In this document: positions 24,108-34,872 of the stretch, piece after piece
Numbering within the stretch: the first letter of the stretch is position 1
Layout of the letters: every line of letters starts with the position of its first letter
From: Vitrella brassicaformis CCMP3155
Lineage: Eukaryota; Protista; Chromerida
Reading direction: 5' to 3'
DNA length: 64,000 nt
Assembly: GCA_001179505.1 (NCBI GenBank)
Contig: CDMY01000286.1
Span: 62,001 to 126,000, forward strand
Program-made: the position numbers and the translations under genes
The notes under the pieces: generated by a model
Database searches by the model: none
The model's input: the letters and a program-made list of their open reading frames with translations, nothing else
Told to the model about the DNA's origin: nothing

Positions 24108-24407
24108 NNNNNNNNNNNNNNNNNNNNNNNNNNNNNNNNNNNNNNNNNNNNNNNNNNNNNNNNNNNNNNNNNNNNNNNNNNNNNNNNNNNNNNNNNNNNN
24201 NNNNNNNNNNNNNNNNNNNNNNNNNNNNNNNNNNNNNNNNNNNNNNNNNNNNNNNNNNNNNNNNNNNNNNNNNNNNNNNNNNNNNNNNNNNNNNNNNNNN
24301 NNNNNNNNNNNNNNNNNNNNNNNNNNNNNNNNNNNNNNNNNNNNNNNNNNNNNNNNNNNNNNNNNNNNNNNNNNNNNNNNNNNNNNNNNNNNNNNNNNNN
24401 NNNNNNN
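24108..24407. other. Assembly gap (300 N)
   Basis: Run of N. Confidence 1.
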
Positions 24408-24967
24408 GCAAGTGTTCTGTGTCAGTCGGGCCACACACGTGCGTACACATCAGGGCAGGAGAACGACTAACACACAGGTAGAGCCACACTCACTATTCAT
24501 TACAGTCAGTCCAACACCGCACACACACTTCAGCAAAGAAACACAGCCACACACACACCAATACACACACAGGGGCACCAGCAGTGTGCCGGCAGATCAG
24601 CTACACTTAAGATGTCAAGGCAGGACAGACGCACAGGCAGACACACAGACAGACATCCAAACACGGCACATCACATGCACCACACCAGACAGCACACCGA
24701 CACATGGACAGGCTCACCACAGACACACGGGCACACACATGCAGTCACGTCAGCCACACACAGGCAGGCAGGCAGGCAGGCCATGTCGACACATTCCAAA
24801 TCACAGTATGTAACAACACCATCCATAAATCACGAGAGAGAACAGGCCAACACACACGCAGTGTGCGCAGCAGTGCAGACAGCCAGCCAGACCAGAAGTC
24901 GTTACTACCAGAGAGAGGCTAGTTCCGTTGCGCACATACAGCCACACACATACAGGCAGCCACACGC
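24408..24967. repeat. Repeat R, copy 2 (3' flank of the subtilisin gene)
   Basis: Begins 21 bp after the subtilisin stop codon; near-identical to 23044-23603. Confidence 0.9.
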
Positions 24968-24988
24968 GCCAGCAGCCGTGGGCGGCAC

Positions 24989-26898
24989 CTACTCCTCTGT
25001 AGGCGCCTCCGTCGTGGTCGGGAAATCCGTCGTCGTCGGAGCCTCCGTGGGGGTCCATTTGCAGTCGACGCACGTGACGGCGGTCAGTGCGTTGAGCTGG
25101 CCCCCCGTCACGCACAGGCCCTCGAGCGAGTCCATCTTCTCGGAAGTCGACAGAATGCGATGCTTGATGTCGCGAAAGCTCTGCGTCGGGTCCATCGACC
25201 ACAGAAGGGCAGCCAAACCTGAAGTCACAGAGAAACAAACAGTCGATTGGAATGCCTAACTGGGGACATCACATAGCATCCCTCAGTGCTTCCATGCCTA
25301 CCAGCCACGAAGGGCGTTGCCATGCTGGTGCCCCGCATTGCCTCATACTTGCCACCCGGCACCGTCGAGGCGATTTTCGTCCCCGGCGCAAAGACGTCGA
25401 CACTCCTGAGGCCGTAATTGCTGAAGGACGCCTTCTCGCCGTCCTCATTCGTCGCGCCGACGCTGATGATACTGTCCAGCTCATACGATGAGGGGTAGTG
25501 TTTCATGTCGCCGTCATTGTCGTTGTCGGTGTTGCCAGCTGCGGCGACGAACAGCATGTTGGCCTCCTCTGCCTTCCTGATAGCCGCCTCGAGCGCCCTG
25601 TTTGGAGCAGAGCGGACCATTCCCCCCCAGCCGTTGCTTGTGAGGGTGGCCCCCATGGCAACCGCATAGTTGATCGCCTGGATGGCGTCAGAAGTAGAAC
25701 CTCGACCACCCTGATGAAAAGGCACAGGCATGTGATTTAAGTGCTCGGCAACCCTCCATTTGCTCGACTTACGCAGAGGAATTTGAGTGCCATGATCGTT
25801 GTTCTGCCAAAGGCGACACCTGCGATGCCTGCGATGCCCTCTTGGTTGTTGGCGGTGGCCGCTATGACAGACAGACAGACAGACAGACAGATGTTTATGC
25901 AATGTGTGTGCAGAGATGGCAGCATGCTTATTCATTCACTCACCGATCGTTCCAGCAGAGTGGGTGCCTGTGCGGCCATCCTTCTCCATAGGATCGCCGT
26001 CACCCGTTGGCGGGCTGCTTGATCCGTCGCACCAAGCCCAGCCGTGAATGTCATCAATGAAGCCGTTACCTGCACACAGACACATACAGACGCAGGAATG
26101 CATGCAGATCGTGTGTGTGTGGATGTCCCTCCCTGTTGCCTCCCTCCCTCCCATCACCCCTCCCTCCCTACCGTCGTCATCGATGCCGTTGCCAGCGATC
26201 TCGCCTTGATTGACCCACATGGCGTCCTTGAGGTCCGGGTGATTGTAGTCGACACCGCCGTCAATCACCCCGACCACCGTAGTACCATTGCCCACTGAGT
26301 CGGCCCCACTGTCCGTCTCCTGCTGCTGCTCAGACAGGAAGGCCCACGCCTCGGGCATATCGATGCTGGCCATCCCCCACTGCTCCTCAAAGACTGGGTC
26401 GTTGGGCAGCCATCGGTCCTGTGCTGCCGCGGGGCGCTGTAGCCTGCGAACAGAAGTCGGCGCAACAAGGGCATCCGGCTCGCAGACGTCGATCTCATCC
26501 GACGCCAGGAGGGCGGCCTCGCATGTGGCCGCTGCATCGACACCTGGCGGCAGATCCACCACGTCCATGGCCAAGCTGTTGAGGTGGTGGATTGTCGTCT
26601 CAGCCGTGTACACGGTGGTCTCGGCTGACAGGGCGGCCTGCAGTGCCCTCGAGATGCCTCCCGCTCGAACGAGGCCGTCGGTGTGTGCTGACTTGAGCTT
26701 CACGATGATGCGGTTGGTGCCGGTTGCCGCTGGACGCGATGGCGGACTGCTGAGGGCACGGACAGTCCCAGCTCCATCACCACTCACCAGGCTGAATGTG
26801 CTGTAGGACACCACAGGGGTCTTGTTTGCAGAGCACTGACTGGCCACCAGGGACAGGGCGACCAGCAGAGTCCACACGATTCCCGCAAGCTGAGCCAT
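24989..26898 (-). CDS. Secreted S8 subtilisin-like protein (signal peptide, prodomain, catalytic domain, short Thr-rich tail); catalytic His motif altered
   Basis: VVGVIDGGVDYNHPDL (Asp), DGRTGTHSAGTI (His region), AAAGN (oxyanion Asn), GTSMATPFVAG (Ser); five GT-AG-delimited exons. Confidence 0.92.
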
Positions 26899-27401
26899 TG
26901 CCTGCCGACGATAGATAACAGGACGATAGAGAGCGATGATCAAGTCGTCGAGGAAGGATCAAGGTGACGATGCGAAGAGAGGGCGAGGGAAGTGGGAAGT
27001 AGGTAGACTGGAAGGTGGAAAGTGAAGATCTGCACAGATCTGGTATGGGACAGGTCAGGAGGGAGGGATGGATGGGGAGGGAGGGAGGGAGGGAGGGAGG
27101 GAGAGGAGGGATAGACTCCATAGGTTTCGCGCCATGGGTTAGGAATGTACGCGGCACTTTTAATTGAACTGGGCTAATGCACAAAGCTTCCGCTCGCCTT
27201 ATCTCGCTGCGGGGAGAAGGAGAGATGGGGAGGAGGGAGGGAAGGAGAGAGACCCCAGAGAGACCCCAGCGTTTGCACCGGTCTGCATCAACCACAGATC
27301 TTCACCTCCCGCCTTCTCGCCTTCTACTTCGCCTTCTCAGCGACTCCTGTCTGTTTCGCTGCACCCAAAGCATCACCACTCTCGATTGTCTGTTATCATC
27401 C

Positions 27402-27749
27402 ATGGCTCTCTTCTCCCGCCTGACGCTCTTCGTCCTCGCCGCTCTGCTGGTGGCGACCAGCATGGCCCAGGAGTGCGTGACGGACTCCGACTGCCCGTCT
27501 GGCGAGGTCTGCTACACGGATGATTCGGACGACAGGTGGTGCAAGACAGAGGATGACTGGAACACAGCCGGTACGCAACTGCTCACGCCCTGAGCGGCAT
27601 GCATCCCTATCTCTCTTTGTGCTGTTATGTGGCGTACAGGGTTGCTGTTATTGCTGGTGTTGGCGTATCTAGCGCACTACTGGTGGGTGGTGGTTCTTGT
27701 GCTTTGTGCTGTTGTTGCGTTGATTATTGTGTGTTGCTGCGGACGGTAG
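27402..27749 (+). CDS. Small single-pass membrane protein A1 (Shisa/CYYR1-like layout); TAG at 27747 truncates the tail relative to paralog A2
   Basis: Signal peptide MALFSRLTLFVLAALLVATSMA, 4-Cys acidic ectodomain, TM ending VVALIIVCCCGR*. A homologous YVSSQPAP exon remains downstream. Confidence 0.7.
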
Positions 27750-28117
27750 CGCTCGCCAAGAGTGCAAACCATGCCAATGTGAGCGAGCCAAAGGAATGGC
27801 TGAACAAACAAAGCCATCAAGGTTCCTTGGGGTGTGTGTTGTGTTGTGTTGTGTTCAGGTACGTGTCGTCTCAGCCAGCCCCAATGCCCGCCGTTCCTTC
27901 GTTCCACCCCACACCCTGCCTGCAGTTCACTCAGTACCCGTCTGCCCGCCTGGGATGTGTCGTGTGCTGTGCTGTGCTGTGCTGGGTGTGCGTCACTGTT
28001 CTTTCATTAAGCGTGTTGGTAAATAGATACGTGTGCGCGCGTGTGTGTGTGTGTGTGATGCGTCTGCACTGCATCGTCCTGCCCTTGGCCTGTTGTGGGT
28101 CTGTACTGAGTCTCTGT

Positions 28118-28816
28118 TCATCGCAGAGATGAGACTGAATCGTCCGGATGGGTGTAGTCGACACCGGTGTCAATCACCCCGACCACCGTACCTTTGCCCA
28201 CTGAGTCGGCCCCACTGGCCGTCTCGTGCTGCTGCTCAGACAGGAAGGCCCACGCCTCGGGCATATCGATGCTGGCCATCCCCCACTGCTCCTTGAAGAT
28301 TGGGTCGTCGGGCACGAAGCGGTTGGGCTCCTGTGCTGCCCGGGCGCGCAGCCTGCGGCCAGAGGCCGTCGTCACAACGGCATCCGGCTCGCAGATGTCG
28401 ATCTCATCCGACGCCAGGAGGGCGGCCTCGCATGTGGCCGCTGCATCGACACCTGGCGGCAGATCCACCACGTCCATGGACAAGCTGTTGAGGTGGTGGA
28501 CCGTCGTCTCAGCCGTGTGCACGTTGGTCTCGGCTGACAGAGAGGCCTGCAGTGCCCTCGAGATGGTCTCTGCGCGGGCAAAGCCCTCGGTGTGTGGGTG
28601 CTTGAGCTTGACGATGATGCGGTGGATGCCAGCTGCAGCAGCAGGACGCGTTGGCGGACTGGTGAGGGCACGGACACTCGGCTGGTCGTGTGCAGCTCCA
28701 TCACTCAACAGGCTGAATGTGCTGTAGGAAACCACGGGTGTCTTGCTTGAGGGCTGACTGGCCACCAGGGACAGGGCGACCAGCAGAGTCCACACGATTC
28801 CCGCAGGCTGACCCAT
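28118..28816 (-). CDS. Truncated subtilisin paralog: signal peptide, prodomain and start of the catalytic domain only
   Basis: Aligns to subtilisin exon 1 up to VIDTGVDYTHPD, then reads into unrelated flank (DSVSSLR*). Confidence 0.85.
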   Translation of the reverse strand: MGQPAGIVWTLLVALSLVASQPSSKTPVVSYSTFSLLSDGAAHDQPSVRALTSPPTRPAAAAGIHRIIVKLKHPHTEGFARAETISRALQASLSAETNVHTAETTVHHLNSLSMDVVDLPPGVDAAATCEAALLASDEIDICEPDAVVTTASGRRLRARAAQEPNRFVPDDPIFKEQWGMASIDMPEAWAFLSEQQHETASGADSVGKGTVVGVIDTGVDYTHPDDSVSSLR

Positions 28817-29238
28817 TGCCTGCCGACGATAGATAACAGGACGATAGAGAGCGATGATCAAGTCGTCGGTGAAGGATGAAGGTGATGATGCGAAGAGAGA
28901 GGGCGAGGCAAGAGTAGATCACTCGGAAGGTTCGAAGCGGAAAGTGAAGATCTGAGACGATATCTGCGAGATAGAGGGAGAGAGAGAGAGAGGAATGGGT
29001 GGATGAATGGATGGACGGAAGGGAGGGAGGGATGAGGAGTTAGAGCAGGGAGAGGGAGGAATCCATGAAACCGCCGGAGGGATGGAGGCATCTCCTCATT
29101 CCCACCACCATCAGCACTGTTCAACCGCAGATCTTCACCTCCCGCCTTTTCTTCTTCTCCCGACTCGCTCCCTCTGTCATCTCCGCTGCACCCAAGAGCA
29201 TCAACCACTCAACCACTCTCGATTGTCTGTCATCGTCC

Positions 29239-29826
29239 ATGGCTCTGTTCTCGCGCCTGACGCTCTTCGTGACCCTCGCCGCTCTGCTGATGGCGACCAG
29301 CATGGCCCAGGAGTGCGTGACGGACTCTGACTGCTCGGATGATGACTTCCCCTACTGCGTGAAGTTTGATGATGGAGAAAGGCGGTGCCAACATGTGGAC
29401 TGTGCACATCCGACGATTTGGGGGTGTTCGGATGACGACGATGACGACGATACCAACTGTAACCACATGAAGACAGAGAGCTTACTGGGCGTCAGTCAGT
29501 CATCCCTATTCCTCCCTCCTGTTCTGCTGTGTGGCGTGTCAGGGTGGTTAATTGCCATCATAGTGCTGGTAATTGTTCTTCCGGTTTGTGGCGTTGTTGC
29601 GTTGATTATTGCGTGTTGCACATGTTGGGCGGCGCGGAAGCCCGCGCCGAGAGTGGTGATGATACAACCAAGGCCAATGTGAGACAGCAAAACGAACAAA
29701 CAGGGCACACTGCAACACGCATCCATCATCGTGTGTGCCGCCATCAACTGTGTCGTTCGTTGGTGTGTGTGTTTTGTTTTCAGGTACGTGCCCTCCCAGC
29801 CAGCTCCAACTCCCGCCTGTGTGTAG
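29239..29826 (+). CDS. Small single-pass membrane protein A2 (Shisa/CYYR1-like layout)
   Basis: Signal peptide, 6-Cys acidic ectodomain, TM WLIAIIVLVIVLPVCGVVALII, juxtamembrane ACCTC, and Pro-rich tail PAPRVVMIQPRPMYVPSQPAPTPACV*. Confidence 0.75.
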
Positions 29827-30185
29827 GCCCGGCTACCACTGCAAGCACGGGAAATGTAAGTGTGGCAGTTCCACAGGCAGACAGACACACACGCGTGCCC
29901 ATCGTCAGTTCACATGCCCTCTCTCCGTGTCATGTGTGCTGCGTTCAGGCTTGCTTCTCCAGACTGCATTCGTCTGTCTGTCTGCCTGTGATTATGTGTC
30001 CGTCACTGGTCTTTCATCAAGTGTGTCGACAGATGCGAGTCCATGTGTGTGTGCGTGTGTACAGAACTGATCTGCCTTGCTGTGCGTATGCGTGTATATG
30101 TGATGCGTCTGCACTGGATATATAGTCCGACTGGCGTGCGGCGCCCTGCCCTTTGGCTGTGTGACATGTGGTGGTTTACTCGTGT

Positions 30186-30485
30186 NNNNNNNNNNNNNNN
30201 NNNNNNNNNNNNNNNNNNNNNNNNNNNNNNNNNNNNNNNNNNNNNNNNNNNNNNNNNNNNNNNNNNNNNNNNNNNNNNNNNNNNNNNNNNNNNNNNNNNN
30301 NNNNNNNNNNNNNNNNNNNNNNNNNNNNNNNNNNNNNNNNNNNNNNNNNNNNNNNNNNNNNNNNNNNNNNNNNNNNNNNNNNNNNNNNNNNNNNNNNNNN
30401 NNNNNNNNNNNNNNNNNNNNNNNNNNNNNNNNNNNNNNNNNNNNNNNNNNNNNNNNNNNNNNNNNNNNNNNNNNNNNNNNNNNNN
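30186..30485. other. Assembly gap (300 N)
   Basis: Run of N. Confidence 1.
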
Positions 30486-30749
30486 TTTCCAAATCACAGT
30501 ATGTAACAACACCATCCATAAATCACGAGAGAGAACAGGCCAACACACACGCAGTGTGCGCAGCAGGGCAGACAGCCAGCCCGACCAGAAGTCGTTACTA
30601 CCAGAGAGAGACTAGTTCCGTTGCGCACATACAGCCACACACATACAGGCAGCCACACGCACATCACATAGGCAGGCACACGCAGCACACACTGTGGCTA
30701 CTCTATGGGTGACCACACAACGACCCATCACGCCACACCACCGATTTAG

Positions 30750-31729
<980 letters not shown>

Positions 31730-32147
31730 ACTGCTCAACCAGCGGTGTGGACAGACAGACACGCTGCTGTTATCGCTCCGGAGGCAGCTTGCTGGTCGGT
31801 GGCTGGATCCTTGGAGAGGGAGGGAGAGATTCCGCGGAAAGGCTTGTTTCCTGCTGGCACAGGAGATCACATAGCCAAGGGTGACGTATACACATGGCTG
31901 GTGGCACCCCAGGCATCCCCGTCACTCCCCTGCTTACCTCGTGCGTTTGTTTGTGCCGGGAAGGAAAGATCTGCGGTTCCTTGAGAATGCGGATGTCAAG
32001 AGGGTGATGATTCCGATGCGATGAACGCCTTTTCCTCTCTCCCTGTCCCTCTCTCTCTCTCCCCCCTTCGTTTCTCTCGCTGAGTTAGGGCATGCTGTGA
32101 AACGAACTGGTGGGCGTCGAGCTGGCGCGTGCTGTCTCCGCTGATGC

Positions 32148-34152
32148 ATGACTAGCAGCTCATCCTCTGAAAACAATCAAACTTCGCCTTCGCGCTCATC
32201 CACCTGTTCGAGTGCGTCAGAAGCCGACAAGTCAATGGGTCCGCTCCGTGTGATATCGCCGCAACGCTTCGGCCTGTCCGTGGCCCTCGCCTTCCTCGCC
32301 GTGTTGCTATTCTGCCTCAACGGGGAGCTGCTCCAGTGGCTGCAGAGCCGGGGAGCTCAGCGAGTCAGTCCCATGCTCAACATCTGGCTGTGTCACGTCG
32401 GAGGCGTCCTCTTCGTTCCCTTCTACCTCTCGCTGTTCCGCGGCAGCAACAGTGACGAGCAACAAAATGACGACGGTCGTGAGATGGACGAGGAGATGAC
32501 GGGCGTGTGGTTCCACACGAGACAGGATGACGGGAGGTGTACGCGGCGGGCGGGGAGGGGTGGTGTCGGCATGAGGAGTGTGCTGATCAGCCAGGAGCTC
32601 ACTGGGAGGCGGTTGGTGGTGCTCAGTGTCGTGCTGTCTTTCGCCTTAATAGCGTACAACTATTGTTGGTCTCTGTCGGCTTACTTTGTCCCTGGTGAGT
32701 GCGTGAAACCGCTCGAATTCCATTATCTGGCTCACGTGCATGCCTGTGCTTCTCGTGTCGTTCAGTTAACGTGACGAATGCAGCGTTCCAGACATCCGTG
32801 GCATTCGTCTACTGCGCGTCGGTGGTCTTTCTGCGGTCGGCACTCACGACGCCCAAAGTGCTGGCCGTCATCGGCGCGCTGGCTGGAGCATACCTCGCAT
32901 CGGTGAGATGAGACCAGCAGGCCGATGTGTCGATCCCCTCTTTGTCCAGACCGTGGCTTTGTCCTGTTTTTGGTGTTGCTCAGTCTCCCAATGGCAGTGT
33001 GTTGTGGGTGGAGGGGCACGAGGGGCAGGGCGCCAAGGGTGTGACACTGGGCGTCTTCATTGGCCTCACGTCGGCGTTCCTCAACGCTGTCTATCAAGTG
33101 GGAGCGAAAAGACGGGCACATGTTGCATTATTCTCATGTTTCTCATGGGCTGTTGGCTAATGTGTAGGTTGGGTTCAAGAAGACGTTCAGGAACCCCGAC
33201 ATGCACTTCATGGGCTTGTATGGGATACTGGTTGCCCTCGCGCATATCGTGTTCATCCTGCCTGTGGTGGCACTCTTCCACTTTGCCGGATGGTCAGTCA
33301 GCACACACGCAATGACATGACGCCATGCAGCTCTTATTGTCGTTTGCTCTTCGTGTCATTGGTGTGTTGATGTGCAGGGAGCGCATAGAGTTTCCCACGG
33401 AGCCGTCGATGGTCGTCGGTGTGGTTGTGAGTGCGGCGGTGGCATTCGGTGTCAACTGCCTCAGCGTGGTCGTCATCGCACTCCACTCACCCCTGCTACT
33501 CACATGCGGTAAGCCAACCAAATGCATGGGTACACGACAAATTGACCTTTTTCTCAATGCTGTGTGAATGCAGCTTTCGCGCTGGCCATCCCGATCAGCC
33601 TGTTGCTAGACCTGTCGCTGCACTCCTCCCTCACACACATCTCCCCGACAGCTATCATTGGCGACCTCATGATTGTCGTCGCATTCCTCATTCTCTCGGG
33701 AGTCACTGACCACCCAGCCGTCTCGCTTTCGTCAATACGGGACATCTGTGTGGTGTCTGTGAGCCGGATTGTGAGGATGGCCACCAGAAGAGGGAAGGGG
33801 CCGCATGTGGATGATGATGACGGCGAGAATGCGGAGACAGCGGCACGGAAGCGGGGATCGTCTTTCGCCTATATGCCACTGGTGAGCAAGAGTCAAAATT
33901 GCCAGGAGTGCACAAACATAGAATACCATGTTTTGTCTGTGTGATTGTCAGCCTTTGGACACAGTAGTGGATCTATCGGTGGACTCACAAGACAACACAC
34001 CATCAGCGCCGACAGTGTCGCCGGCAGCCTCATCATCGTCAGGAGGCAGCTCATCGTCGACACTAGGGCTGGGCTTCGAACCACGCAGCGCGGCATCGAG
34101 ACAGCAGGGTGGCGATACGGGATTGGGAGGGAGGGGGAGGCAGGCGCAGTGA
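32148..34152 (+). CDS. DMT/EamA superfamily transporter (SLC35F-like), multi-exon
   Basis: About 10 TM segments; YNYCWSLSA..., VTNAAFQTSVAFVY, KVLAV, GLTSAFLNAVYQV and AIPISLLLD. Confidence 0.8.
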
Positions 34153-34872
34153 GTGAATGAAGTGGGCCAAGCGAAGCTTGAAGCCCTCAAGATTTCCTCG
34201 GTCGGTATATGTATTTGTCAATCATCATGTCGACAGACAGACAAGACATTGACACACTGGTAGATAGACAGCGAGCTCATCGCTGCTGGTGTACAGGCTG
34301 TGAGATCGTGAAGGCTGCTGTGAGAGGTTTTTCCCTTTTGTGGATACACACGCAGCCAGCGGCATCAATGATCGGTTGGTCCATGCATACGTGGGGGCGT
34401 GAGCCTCTTGCTGTTGTTGGTCCAGCTGCCTGATGCCACGACGTTACAAGGAAGGGCACAAAGAGTGCGCCTTCTTTGATAGAGACATTGACATTCCATT
34501 GTGTGCGCTGCACATACATGTGCTGATGCGTTTTTTGGGGTCAAGTTGGAACCACGCGTGTTTCGTGTGCGCATGTGTCTGTGGATGCTTGTATGTGTGT
34601 GTGGTGTTTTTATCCCTCTGTGTGTGTGGGACCGATGCCGGACGGTGGCGAATGAATCATATCTCATGTATCTGAAACGACACACGACCAAGACGACGGC
34701 AGTCATTTCCTAGCGAACAAGTGGGACACACAGAGCCGTACGTACACACATACACCGTTATATCGACAGCAAACCCACAACCCCAAAAAACTGAAGAAGC
34801 GACAAGAGTGTGTCCATTCAGACTATCAAGCGAGCAGACACCGAACAAGAGATCGCCTGCGATGGGTGTCAG

